Source of the DNA: Octopus sinensis
Taxonomy: Eukaryota
Reading direction: 5' to 3'
DNA: 64,000 nucleotides
Assembly: GCF_006345805.1 (NCBI RefSeq)
Contig: NC_043000.1
Span: 154,008,001-154,072,000 of the forward strand
A model generated the notes under the pieces. That model saw nothing but the letters and a program-made list of their open reading frames with translations. It was not told where the DNA came from and ran no database searches. Position numbers and translations under genes: made by a program. Below, in pieces: positions 13,934-27,546 of this stretch (positions within the stretch are counted from its first letter, which is position 1; each line of letters begins with the position of its first letter).

Positions 13934-14796
13934 TGTAGTCTTAAACATTTCCCTAAGTACGTGGGAAGGTCTTAGATCTAATCTATCTAGATTCGCTTGG
14001 AGCTAAACAACCATAACTACCATGTTAAAGGAAGCGATTAGACTACAAACATCACTTGTGTGGCACACTAAAAATAGCAACCATAATATAATGCCCCAAG
14101 GTCTTTTTTAAAGGCTACATTAAACAATGTTATTCGGGTTACTCCATACCTAGAAAATAGAACGATATGATCACTGCTTGGATACCGGTTGACTGATGTG
14201 AATTCGTAACAGAATTAGTTTTCCCCGTGATTCTGTGCAACCTACTTACTAAAGCCTCAATAAAGGTAAATGATTTCCGAAACACTAACACAAACAAAAT
14301 TAGACAAACAGTTTACGAGAACAATACAAATGTACTTATAACAGAAATAACGACAACAGCGGCAACAATAACAACAACAAATATCCTTTTATATCCAGGG
14401 CAGAATACATTAAATATAATTTTTACAAATAACACTTCACGCATGAAAATTTACTGTGTAAACCTGGCACACTTAATTATTTCCGTCTTCATTACATTAA
14501 TGGCATCTAAATACTTATGTGCAACTATAAAAGCTGTTTTAACATGCAATATTCATGTAGCAATAATTCAGAAATCAATTTTATTGCCCCAACACAGAAC
14601 ACCGTATATAGTTTAATGCACTGAGGTAAAATAGGGAGACCCTATCCGCAAAAGGGGAAAGCTCGTAGTCTATGAAAAATCATGAATCCAGTGAATAAAT
14701 ATCACAAAAAATATAAAACAAATTAATAAGAGCCGATATATCCCAAAAATGCAGGATTCCAAAATAAAAGTACCAACCCAAGCATATTTATATAAG

Positions 14797-14886
<90 letters not shown>

Positions 14887-16098
14887 ACACACATAAATGT
14901 CAAACGACGAGAATGAATGCTCAACACCGCATTGGTAGATACAATTTCTTTATTTATGCATATTAAAAATTCATTTACATTATAATATAATATACTATTA
15001 AAGGATAGAATATAATATAACATAATATAACAAATAATTAAAACTAATATAAAGCCAACAATTTGCTTCAAATTCGTAAAAGTATTCACATTTAGGCATA
15101 TAAATCTCCTCGGAGCATTTGTTCAAAAAACAGACAAAATTCCATGCAAAGAATGCTAAATTATAAAATAGACTGATTAAAAATATACTTATGTTTAGAG
15201 GCGTGAGCGTTAATAATTCAAATATATAATAAATATAATAAAAAGAACAACAAAATTCAAATGGATAAAATAATTAGGTAAAGAAAATTTACAACAGTCA
15301 TAAAATGTTCTTATGGATCTCCAATAATATTAATCGAAAAATATTTTAATCGAAAATAATAACTGGCCATTTTATTATATAATAGCTATACCTTTATAAT
15401 ATGTTATACATTAAAAATTTACGGAGGGGTAGGAAATATATTTTATTTAAAATTACTATGCATTATGATGAAAAAATATAAAGAAATAAAACTATATTTA
15501 ATTCAGACTATATATATGAAATAAATATATTTAATTCATTAAAAAATTCTCAATCAACAATTCATTGACTCAAAATAACTACCAAATACGCCTATGTTAA
15601 ACAAATGTATAAAGTTACGATTATTAACTATACCATGGCAATAATATATAAGTAAATAAAGTATCAGAATCGTACTTAGTTTTAGAGAAGGAAATAAAGT
15701 TAATCCAATATTTTTATTCTATAAATTTATATGCGTATACAAGTTCTAAAGAACATAATATTACTATATCTGCTAAATATTATAGGTATTACAAGAAATA
15801 TTCATACATGCATAATTATTCAAAAAGATACATAATTATATACAATATATAATAATTATTCTTATTTATTTATTCGTACTAATATAAATATTATACTAAA
15901 TAGATTTGAAATGTTGATTGAGAATGTTTTGTACTAAAGGCTTATGTGCCCCGAAATAAAACAAAAAAAACATTGTTAATAAAGAAAAAGTTTTTCTTAA
16001 TGCAACATGAATTCTTCTGTAACTTCATTTACCATTACTATCATTACATTCAAGCCTGAGTGAGTTACCTATTTCAAAGAACTGCATTATATGATTGT

Positions 16099-16380
16099 CA
16101 TTCATTACCGTATTGATAAATAAAATAACACATACATCTCACTTACTACTATTATGTAATAAACAAACAGAATTTCATGTATAAAAATGACGTTTTTACC
16201 TACTTCAGTTATTACGTTTTTCTCTTATAAAAATATTTTATCATTGCTATTACTGTATAGATAAATAAAATAACGCATACAACCCGCTTATTATCGCCAT
16301 ATAATAATCAAACACAAGCTCATGTGTGATATTGATCTTCTACTTCAGTTATTACATGGTTTTCTTTTCTAAAAATACAC
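16099..16380. repeat. Diverged tandem duplication, two ~143 bp units
   Basis: GATAAATAAAATAAC.CATACA and CTACTTCAGTTATTAC each occur twice (near 16116/16260 and 16200/16340). Confidence 0.75.
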
Positions 16381-16829
16381 ACATAGAGGAGGAGTAAATT
16401 ATACATATAATAATACTTTCAATGTGGCTCCCGATAAACAATAAAAGTGTCCGATCAACAACGGGTTTAACTGCTGGTGTATGTGTATGCGTGTATGTAT
16501 TTGTATATGATTGTGTGTGTATGCATGCATGCATGCATGTATGCATATATGTATGTATAAATGTATATATCTATGCGTATACATTCATAGACATTCATTC
16601 ACATCTTTCAGTGAAGCACCGTTAATGCTGATGTCTGTGTATTTGTCAAGGAACGTAGATATTCGATCAAATTTCCAAATCCAAACAAACACTCACTGAC
16701 ATTTTGGTACGTTGCTTCCTGAAGAATTTACTTCAAGGTTTTTAAAGGCTGGTAAAGAATAAAGCAAACAGAAATTAAAAGAAAATATAAGAATTGGGAG
16801 TTACATAAATATGTATGTATATATAAGAG

Positions 16830-17621
16830 GTTCAGCTTTGATTTAAAAACGCCTACATCTTCTTTGTGCAGGTTCCTCAGGCCCTTTGGGAGAATATTTT
16901 AAAACTGTGGACCCTTGAAACCCAGGCTGTTGCAGTAACTGGTCCTGAAGCGCAATAGCATTGCTGCGATCTTTGGCACTATGCAGTGTCGACCCGTTCT
17001 AGCATTGGTGTAGCTTTCAGTACCAAAACTGGGCACAATTCCTTCTAGGATCTTCCAGATGTATATTACTGCATATCTCTTCCGCCTTCGCTCCAGGGAG
17101 TAGAGACTTGGCTGTTTCAGCGTTTCCCAGTATCTGAGCTGTTGCAAAGAGACGATCTTCTTTGTGAAGCTTCGCTGGATTGCTTTAAGGTCCGCTGTTT
17201 ATTTTACGCTGTTGAGTGACCATAGCTGGGAGCAGTAATCCAGGCGGCTGAGGACGAATGTCGTCCAGAGGACCATCACGGTTTCCTTATCTCTGGTTCT
17301 GAATGTTCGCTTTGGTAATAGTGAATTCAGAGAGATAGACCTATAGTTTTTGGCATCTGCTCTGCGTTCCTCTTTATGGATTGGGCATACTATTTCCTCC
17401 TTCAGCTTCCTTAGCAGCCTACCATTTGCAAGAAAGCTCTGGAAGAGAATTTGGAGGGCTTTTGGCAAGGTACGCTTACACGATTTGAGAAGGATTGCTG
17501 GGAAACCATCAGGACCAGCAGTTGAGTTTGCGTCCAACTCATCTATGGCTAGGAGTATATCTTCTTCGCTAATGTCGATGTATTCCATCGTATTTGCCTC
17601 GCTGGTTATAGGTGAGGCCAC
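16830..17621 (-). mobile_element. CR1-group LINE fragment with the RT core internally deleted
   Basis: AGPDGFPAILLKSC..PIHK..KNYRSISL is joined directly to RTFRTRDKE...VLSRLDYCSQLWS, followed by LYSLERRRKRY..IYIWKIL. Confidence 0.88.
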
Positions 17622-17711
17622 ATAAACTTATTTATGTAATTACCCATTCTCAATATATATATATACACACACACTTATTTATGTAATTCCCTATTCTTAA
17701 TAGATACATAC

Positions 17712-17756
<45 letters not shown>

Positions 17757-18188
17757 TATGTATAACCATATATGTATGTATATTTGGGTCTATATATATA
17801 AATATATGTATATATATTCAAATGTGTGTGTATTTTGTTTATTTAATATTTATATAATGGATTAAAATTGGATTTAAATTGATATACTTACATATATATA
17901 CTTATATATAAAATCTGTGCATAATATTAAATGTATATGCACTTTTGAGAGGTATGTTTTTGTGGTACTTATTTGGGAGATAATCTCTTCATAAGCATGT
18001 TGTGCTGAAAGTGCATTATATGTCTGAATGAGACGAGCAGCTTTGCAACAGGGGCAAACGCGTTTCGATCTACTTGGGGGCTTGTCAATGCCGTGCACCC
18101 ATTTGTCACCAGCTTAGAAACAAATTCGTGCTTCGATACATAGGAAACAGTGAATAATATCCTCACTGGTGTTGTAGAAAGCTTGCCG

Positions 18189-18485
18189 TGCAGTAGAAAC
18201 AGCATTAAATTAAAATCGCCGTGTGCGTATCAAACTAAATGTATATGCACCATTGAAAGGCGTGATGCTGTGGCATCATGCTGTTTTAGGCGTAGCGCGT
18301 CTGTCGATTTTGTGAGTCACTGCTGCGACGATGTTCGCTTCGCTCCGATATATATTGTTTTTAACACATGTCTACGAAGGGATTTTCACTCAAACAAAGC
18401 CCACAACAACACGCTTTTCAACTGTGTATATGCGTTCCGTATGATACACAGATGGCGATATTAATTTAATGCTGTTTTAAGTGCA
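18189..18485. mobile_element. Fold-back MITE-like element with ~80-90 bp imperfect inverted arms
   Basis: AAACAGCATTAAATTAAAATCGCCGTGTGCGTATCA (18197-18232) pairs with TGATACACAGATGGCGATATTAATTTAATGCTGTTT (18442-18477). Similarity continues inward. Confidence 0.75.
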
Positions 18486-18988
18486 TTAACCGATATATGT
18501 ATATGTGTGTGTGCATGCATATGCATGTATATATGTGTATATGAATAGATGCATACGCATATGTGTATAATTATACGTGTGCTTTTGTGTGCATGAGAGG
18601 GTACGTAATTAAAAATCGCTATGTCAGAACTCATCACCAAGTTACAGTCTTGCTCACATGCCGAGGAGGTGTACTGAACATCTTACAGAACAAGTTCTTA
18701 AATTTAAAAAAGAATTCTCTCTCTCTGAGTGAAAGACGGACAAATAAACCCAGCGGCAATTATTAACGGCCCTCGGGGAGAAGGGAATATTAGTTTTAAA
18801 AAAAGAAGAAATTTCTTAATTAATTTACATGTTAGGGAAAGGGCAGTCTGATCTTTGTTGCAGGCAAGGGACAACTATGTACATATGTTCCGGTCTGCTA
18901 GGCCTCCTCCACATGCCAGATCGTACTTCGCAACATAGCGCTATTTCATTACATATACCCGCTCTCCCCCTCCCTCCCTCCCTCCCTT

Positions 18989-19022
<34 letters not shown>

Positions 19023-19186
19023 TCTCTCTCTCCATATATATATATATATAGCTATCTGCCTTTATCTGTCTATCTATCTCTTTCACACACACGCATACAC
19101 ACGCACATACTCATATATTTAACATATATATATATATATATATATATATACAAATATACATACACACCACACACATATATATATAT

Positions 19187-19226
<40 letters not shown>

Positions 19227-19827
19227 AGGTGTATGTATATCTATATATCTATATATCTATATCTATCTATCTAATATTATATATGTATTAATATATATAA
19301 TATATACATATATATACATACATATATATATATACACATATATATATACAATATATTATATATATATATATAATATATATATATATATATCTATATATAT
19401 ACACATATATATATATATACATATATATTATATATATATATATTATGCATGTTTGTATATATGCATGTATATGTATATACGAGTGTGTGGTACTTTGCAA
19501 TGTTCCCTCACATCTGTCTTGTAAAACAGATGTCTGAAATTCAGTGGCATGCACTTTTTCTCTTCCTCTTGTTTCTCAATTCTATACACATACATTCATA
19601 TATACATGCATGCACAGATGTGATTCTATGTGAGTGTGTGAATGTGCGTGCATGATTGTACCCAGATACTTGTATATACAAACCGTTAGGCAGAAACAAG
19701 TCCGTGATCTACACAATGACAACAATACAAAATTGAGAAGTGTTTTCGATATAGTGTGATATTGAACTCGGCTCTGCTTGAATAGCTTTGAGAAATGTGT
19801 TTTCTAAGTTACATTCCGTGGAACCGG

Positions 19828-19922
19828 ACCGGCCAATGTTTTGTGGGTGAATTTGGTAGACGGGAATGTGTTGAAGACCGTTTTGTGTGTGTGTATATAC
19901 TTGTGTGTGTGCGTGCGCGTGC

Positions 19923-19953
<31 letters not shown>

Positions 19954-20160
19954 AGCGTGTCTATATGTTTGTTTTTTTCTCACTACCTCCCATCTTGACA
20001 ACCGGCGGGGTTTTTTTTTGGGGGGGGGCCTTACGTCCCCGTAAGCTATTGGTCCGGCAAAGGAGCCGATAGAATAAGTACCAGGCATGAAATGATTCAT
20101 AAATACTGCTGTCGATTTGTTCAACTAAAACCTTTGAGGACAACATGGCTGAAACAAGTA
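19828..20160 (+). mobile_element. SINE family B, old degenerate copy
   Basis: TTTGGTAGACGG...CCGATAGAATAAGTACCAGGC...GAAACAAGTA motifs. Confidence 0.75.
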
Positions 20161-20239
20161 TTATATAAATATATTTTTGTGTATCTATGTGTGTGAGAAA
20201 GAGACAGAGAGAGACTGAGAGAGAGAGATAGAGTGAGAG

Positions 20240-20277
<38 letters not shown>

Positions 20278-20502
20278 CGCAGATTCACTCTCTAAATGCT
20301 CTATGCTTTTCGGAAGGTTGTTCGATCTGCTGGCTTTTAGCAGCCAAGCATCCCTCAAGCTCACGTACACATATCATCTCATTTTTCGCAAATAGTATAT
20401 GCGTATTCAGAAACAAAAATGTAATCACAAAAGTGATACACGTTTTCACACAGGCATACACAGACACATATATATAGATATATGTATATGTGTGTGTGTC
20501 TG

Positions 20503-20546
<44 letters not shown>

Positions 20547-20803
20547 TGTATGTATACACACACACACGCATATACATATATATATATATAATGATAATAA
20601 TAATATTAGGGAGTAAATCCAAACTTACAGGGAAAAATTAGATTTAAGATTAAATCCAATTTTATAGTAAAAATATATATATATATATCATATTAAATTA
20701 GAGATAAAACCACTATTAGGCAAATCAAACAGTGAAAATCATAAGCAATACATAGAAAAATTTAAATTTTGAATTTTATGTTTTATATATTTTTATTTCT
20801 ATG

Positions 20804-20864
<61 letters not shown>

Positions 20865-20876
20865 ATAAGGTCTAGA

Positions 20877-21199
20877 TAGAAAATACAAAAATAATTTTAT
20901 AAAAAACATTTCAGTACCGGTTCGGTCATTGTAAGTATGGAAAACAATTAAATTTTGGAGAAATTAAATGAAAAGTATTTTAAAAGAATATTTCCATAGT
21001 ATTCAAACAAGAGAGACAGAGACAGGCAGAAACAAGGAAAATGTCCTTTGTATTTGAATACTATGCAAATATTCTTTTAAAATACTTTTCATTTAATTTC
21101 TCCAAAATTTAATTGTTTTCCATACTTACAGTCGAAAAGTCTCAATGACCGAAACCGGTATTGAAATGTTTTTTTATAAAATTATTTTAGCATTTTCTA
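20877..21199. mobile_element. Fold-back element (~140-160 bp arms) with a Penelope-type hammerhead-like motif
   Basis: 20877-21019 is the near reverse complement of 21042-21199. The right arm contains CAG-TCGAAAA-GTC tcaat GAC-C-GAAA-CCGGTA (21129-21160). Confidence 0.7.
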
Positions 21200-21284
21200 C
21201 CTTGATTTTTTTCCATATATATATATATCAACTCGTGTGTTCCTTTTCCACATTCTACACATACACACATATATAAATATATAC

Positions 21285-21401
<117 letters not shown>

Positions 21402-21450
21402 CATGTATTTTTATGTATGTATGTATGCATGTATTATATATTATATATAT

Positions 21451-21484
<34 letters not shown>

Positions 21485-21559
21485 ATATATATATACTAGC
21501 AAATCCACCCATTTACGATGGCAGCATAAAATGAGGGAAGGAAGTGATAACAGGAGTAT

Positions 21560-21748
21560 GTATTTATTTCTTTATTGCCCACAGGAAGCTAAATATAGAG
21601 GGGACAAACAAGGACAGACAAAGGGATTAAGTCGATTACATCGACCCCAGTACGTAACTGGTACTTATTTAATCGACCCCGCAAGGATGAAAGTCAAAGT
21701 TGAGTTCGGCGGAATTTGAACACAAAACATAAAGGCAGACGAAATGCT
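21560..21748 (-). mobile_element. SINE family A, 3' part (second copy at ~23123-23308)
   Basis: Reverse complement of the family A body, abutting the truncated Tc1. Confidence 0.85.
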
Positions 21749-22591
21749 TTTCCTTTCTTCCTCCAAATGTATTCATCATCCATATGGTCAAATAACTCCA
21801 GCTTCATCTCATCAGACCACAAGATGGTTGACCAATAGCTAGGATCTTGTTTCAAATGACCCCTAGCAAAGGCCAGGCGAGCCTTCAGATGTTTCTTCCT
21901 GAGCAGCAGCGTCTTCCTATGCCTATGTCCATGGAGACCTCCTCTGTGCAAGACTCGCTTAATGGTGGACCGTGACACCTTCGTCCCTACCCAGTCAAGC
22001 GTTTCATTTAGGGCCTTGGTTGTGGCCCGGGGATTGTTGTTGACTTCTCAGCAGATTTCCTTGGTAAGTTTGGAAGACACCTTACGCTTCCTGCCACATC
22101 CACTAAGATTTTTAACGGTATTGAACCTCGTGTGCTTTTTGATTATGCTCTGGATGGTTGCCACATGGACATCATACTGCTTTGAAATGGCCTTGTAACC
22201 CTTTAATTCACTGTGGGCACACACAAGACGTTGATGTAGGTGCTCACTGAGCTCCTTCTTCTTGGCCATCATGATTTGAAATTGAGAATGACCAGAACAC
22301 TTTTTCTCTATTTATACTCTATTTATATTCTGTTTATGCGCTTCTGGAAATAACTATAAGACAAAGATTAGCGTATTCACAGGAAGGGAAAACAAAAGTA
22401 TGAATAATTCTGAACATGGGCAAAAAAAGATATTTAGGCCATATCTATTATTATGCAAATGAAGCTTAGCCAACTCATATGTGGATCTATGCATAGCAAC
22501 AAGTAGATACGTAGAAAGTAGCTTTTGCAAATGAAGAATATAAAAAATAAAGTTAGTTTCCTTGGGGTGTGAATAATTTAGAGGACGACTG
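21746..22591 (-). mobile_element. Tc1-family transposon, 5' half (TIR plus transposase to the first catalytic D)
   Basis: TA|CAGTCGTCCTCTAAATTATTCACACCCC terminus. MAKKKELS..KGYKAISK..SGCGRKRK..*..VSRSTIKRVLH..RLAFAR..WSTILWSDEMKLELF..WRKKGKAF with one in-frame stop. Confidence 0.93.
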
Positions 22592-23020
22592 TACGTACAC
22601 ATGTGTGTGTTTGTGTATGTATGTGTGTGTTTGTGTATGATGGTGGTGTAAGAAGTAGAGTAAATATATTAACAGACCTAAACTTTTAGAATTTTAATGA
22701 AATTTTAAACTTAAGTAATTAAAAATAACTTAAGGAATCAATAAATACTTCATAGGCGCAGAGTGGTTGTGTGGTAAGTAGCTTGCTAACCAACAAACCA
22801 CATGGTTCCGGGTTCAGTCCCACTGCGTGGCATCTTGGGCAGTGTCTTCTACTATAGCCCCGGGCCTACCAATGCCTTGTGAGTGGATTTGGTAGACGGA
22901 AACTGAAAGAAGCCTGTCGTATATATGTATATATATATATATGTATGTTGTATGATGTATGTATTTATGTATGTATGTATGCATTTATTATTATATATTT
23001 ATATATCTATAATATATATA

Positions 23021-23061
<41 letters not shown>

Positions 23062-23305
23062 TAGCAATCCACCCATTTACGATGGCAGCATAAAATGAGG
23101 GAAGGAAGTGATAACAGAGTATGTATTTATTTCTTTATTGCCCACAGAAGCTAAATATAGAGGGGACAAACAAGGACAGACAAGGGATTAAGTCGATTAA
23201 CATCGACCCCAGTACGTAACTGGTACTTATTAATCGACCCCGCAAGGATGAAAGTCAAAGTCGAGTTCCGCGGAATTTGAACACAAAACATAAAGGCAGA
23301 CGAAA

Positions 23306-24153
23306 TGCTTTTCCTTCTTCCTCCAATGTATTCATCATCCATATGGTTCAATCAAATAACTCCAGCTTCATCTCATCAGACCACAAGATGTGTTGACCAA
23401 TAGCTAGGATCTTGTTCAAATGACCCCTAGCAAAGGCCAGGCGAGCCTTCAGATGTTTCTTCCTGACAGCGCGTCTTCCTAGGCCTATGTCCATGGAGAC
23501 CTCCTCTGTGCAAGACTCGCTTAATGGTGGACCGTGACACCTTCGTCCCTACCCAGTCAAGCGTTTCATTTAGGGCCTTGGTTGTGGCCCGGGGATTGTT
23601 GTGACTTCTCAGCAGATTTCCTTGGTAAGTTTGGAAGACACCTTACGCTTCCTGCCACATCCACTAAGATTTTTAACGGTATTGAACCTCGTGTGCTTTT
23701 TGATTATGCTCTGGATGGTTGCCACATGGACATCATACTGCTTTGAAATGGCCTTGTAACCCTTTAATTCACTGTGGGCACACACAAGACGTTGATGTAG
23801 GTGCTCACTGAGCTCCTTCTTCTTGGCCATCATGATTTGAAATTGAGAATGACCAGAACACTTTTTCTCTATTTATACTCTATTTATATTCTGTTTATGC
23901 GCTTCTGGAAATAACTATAAGACAAAGATTATCGTATTCACAGGAAGGAAAACAAAAGTATGAATAATTCTGAACATGGGCAAAAAAAAGATTTTAGGAG
24001 GCCATATCTATTATTATGCAATTAAGCTTAGCCAACTCATATGTGGATCTATGCATAGCAACAAGTAGATACGTAGAAAGTAGCTTTTGCAAATGAAGAA
24101 TATAAAAAATAAAGTTAGTTTCCTTGGGGTGTGAATAATTTAGAGGACGACTG
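23306..24153 (-). mobile_element. Duplicate of the Tc1 5' half
   Basis: Identical N-terminal ORF (23609-23833) and the same TIR. Confidence 0.9.
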
Positions 24154-24320
24154 TACATACACATGTGTGTGTTTGTGTATGTATGTGTGTGTTTGTGTAT
24201 GTATGTGTGTGTGTAATTAAGTAGAGTAAATATATTAACAGACCTAAACTTTTAGAATTTTAATGAAATTTTAAACTTAAGTAATTAAAAATAACTTAAG
24301 GAATCAATAAATACTTCATA

Positions 24321-24740
24321 GGCGCAGGAGTGGTTGTGTGGTAAGTAGCTTGCTAACCAACCACAACCACATGGTTCCGGGTTCAGTCCCACTGCGTGGC
24401 ATCTTGGGCAAGTGTCTTCTACTATAGCCCCGGGCCTACCAATGCCTTGTGAGTGGATTTGGTAGACGGAAACTGAAAGAAGCCTGTCGTATATATGTAT
24501 ATATATATGTGTGTGTGTGTGTGTTTGTGTGTCTGTGTTTGTCCCCCTAGCATTGCTTGACAACCGATGCTGGTGTGTTTACGTCCCCGTCACTTAGCGG
24601 TTCGGCAAAAGAGACCGATAGAATAAGTACTGGGCTTACAAAGAATAAGTCCCGGGGTCGATTTGCTCGACTAAAAGGCGGTGCCCCAACATGGCCGCAG
24701 TCAAATGACTGAAACAAGTAAAAGAGTAAAGAGTAAAGAG
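24321..24740 (+). mobile_element. SINE family B, full length
   Basis: Head GGCGCAGGAGTGGTTGTGTGGTAAG, B-box-like GGTTCAGTCCC, internal (TA)(TG) tract, GTAAAGA tail. Confidence 0.92.
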
Positions 24741-25844
24741 AGTATTTAGAAGCCAACTTATTTACCGAATATAGTTTTAAAATTATGTAACAGAACCTAT
24801 TAATTCTTATCTTCAATTATAGGCGGCGCTACGTTTTTTTCAAAAACGTCTTACTGTCTTCTTTGGGCATGGATTTGGTTCTATGTAAGGAATTCATTGT
24901 TATTTATTTTCCTAAACTCTTTCTCTCGCTCTGTCCTGTTTAGACTAATGCTGTACAGGAGTGAAGCAAGTCAGGGCCGCATTTGAATGGTGCCAATGAT
25001 CCCAAGATGACAGACTTAAGATCGAATGCCGATGGTGAAATACTAGTCAGTCGATCCAGTAGGCGGTACCTCACATCAGTAAGGGGGAACGGTGCGTTGT
25101 AAAGCCATCGAGAGAAAGGCCTCTAAACGGTGCATATTCTTTCCTGATGACCATTGAAACCTAAAGGCCTCCTGAATGAGGATCTTTCGATTACCTGTAC
25201 TTGCTCAATCAAATTGTTTGCAAGTCTCTTAATTCTTTCTAAGGTTCTTTAACTTTAAAATTTCAGCATAAAATCCTATTTCTAAATAGGGATTTAAACA
25301 GATACAATTTCAAATTCAACTACATGCTCCATCTCCATAAATTTTCGACTCTTCGGTATTTCTTTGATAATATATTTCAAATTACTTTGTTAACATACGA
25401 ACAGATTTTTTTCTCGTTAGTTCTGATCTAAAGAAATTCATGAACCTCTAAACTTATTTATATGTAAATTAATAATTATGCGTGTGTAGGTAGTGCGCAT
25501 GCGATTGTGTACGTGTTTATGAGTGTATGTGTATGTTGCTCTCACTATGTCCTTCTTTAAGATTACTGTCTATGTTTCTCTCAGCAATTACATTTACTCT
25601 CTACTCTTATGATCTACTCCCACACTTATTCGCCTATTTAACTGTTTAACAACTACTCAGTCTTTCACTTTTCCTTTTTGATTTATCTATTTGTAATTTG
25701 TTTGTTTAGTTTCATACACTTTCTCATTTCCACTCTGATTACTTTCTGCTAATCATCGAATATCACATAATTGAACTTGCATTCGAACACCCACGAAGCC
25801 GAATCAGCATAGAAGCGGACAAAATATCACCGTATGCTTCACTG

Positions 25845-26226
25845 TTCCGGGTTCAGTCCCACTGCGAGGCACCTTCGTCAGGTCTCTTCTACTATAGCAT
25901 CGAGTCTACCAAAGTCTTGTCAGTGGATTTGGTAGACGGAAACTGAAAGAAGTCCGTCCTATATATATGTATATATTTATGTGTATGCGTCTTTGTGTAT
26001 AACTTTGTGTTTGTGTTTGTTCCCACCCATCACTGCTTGATAACCAGTGTTGGTGTGTTTACGTCATTAGCGTAACTTAGCGGTTCGGCAAAAGGGACCA
26101 ATAGAATAAATATTAGGCTTACAAAGAATAAGTCCTGAAGTCGATTTCTTCTCTAAGGAAACCTTTTAGCCGGTGCTGCAGCATGGCCGCAGTCAAATGA
26201 CTGAAACAAATAAAAGAATAAAAGAA
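25845..26226 (+). mobile_element. SINE family B, 5'-truncated
   Basis: Colinear similarity to 24321-24740. Confidence 0.88.
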
Positions 26227-27274
26227 TATATATATACATACACACACACACAAATGCGTGTATGAGTCTTTTATGTAACGTATGTATATACATATATGTG
26301 AGATTGCTATGTGTGTGTGTATGTGTGTGTGTTTATGTGTGTGTGTGTGTGTGTGTGTGTACGCACGCATCTTCGCATATTTGGAGATATGGGAGAGGGA
26401 AAGTTAGAGGATTTTTTATTCTTGAATTAAATTTAGATAGAAAACAAGGGCAATAGATGATAAGGTAAAAAGAAGAAATAACATTGTTTTTTTTTATTTC
26501 TTGTATCCTTAAAATTTTCATTTCCACTCATTTTTTTCTAAGTTATTTTTTTATTATTTTTTTCATACATAGTTTCGCCAACCCAAGCTTACTGCACATT
26601 TGATTGCCGTTTCCATCATTTGCTGTTGAAAATTGGATTTCTTTCACTGGTCACAAAATTGTGACTGGGGATTTTTTTTATTCTAAGGGATAAGAAATTA
26701 TTGAAAATTTTACATTTAAGTCTTTCCCAATAACAGAATTAGTGATCCGAATTCCTTTCAACCATCTATCCATTATTCCTATCGATTAGGTATCTCTCTC
26801 TCCCTCTCTTCCTCTCTCTCTTCCTACCTCTCTCTCTCTCTCTCTCTTTCTCCCGCTCTCTCTCGGCCATGGGCTCTACGAGAAATCTATTGCTGAACCT
26901 CTTCCAATTAAAATATATAACTTACATAAAGGAACTTAAGGTTTAAATATAAAAACAAAGAAGTAGTCCGCCAACTTCTCCGATCCTTACTTCCATCTCC
27001 TCTTAGCTACTTCGCAGAAATGTAAATAACGATGTCGCTTTCCTATGTTCCTTATATTTTAAACATAAGGAGGCCACAGGCCACAACATATATCTATCAT
27101 ATATAATTTAAAGTGCTTGTTTTAATAACGTACTGAGGTCGACATCTGGAAAATTATTTAGCTGCTTCCGTATTTGGTCCAGTGGCGAATTTCGCACTCT
27201 AACATAAAGATACACAGATACATATACTTACACACACAAACACATACACATACACACACATCTATTATATATAT

Positions 27275-27311
<37 letters not shown>

Positions 27312-27509
27312 TCATACTTAGGTATAAATACATATATATATATATATGTATGTATTATATATATATATATATGTATTATATATTCATACTTAGGTATATA
27401 TACATATATATATATACACACACACACATACGTACATATATATATATATATATGTATGTATGTATGTATAATATATATATATTATATATATATATTCATA
27501 CTTAGGGAT

Positions 27510-27546
<37 letters not shown>

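Larger units (their letters stand above)
21495..24495. repeat. Tandem duplication, period ~1565 bp (21495-22930 / 23060-24495), bounded by (AT)n
   Basis: The same SINE A - Tc1 - SINE B order occurs twice. Differences are mostly 1-nt indels near the junction. Confidence 0.92.

Noticed and set aside
14670-15089. Hydrophobic ORF as a membrane protein or NUMT
   Set aside because: It is interrupted by a microsatellite, no family motif is recognisable, and the composition follows from extreme AT content.
15543-15930. ~20 bp inverted repeat ATTCTCAATCAACA
   Set aside because: Short, AT-rich and does not extend.
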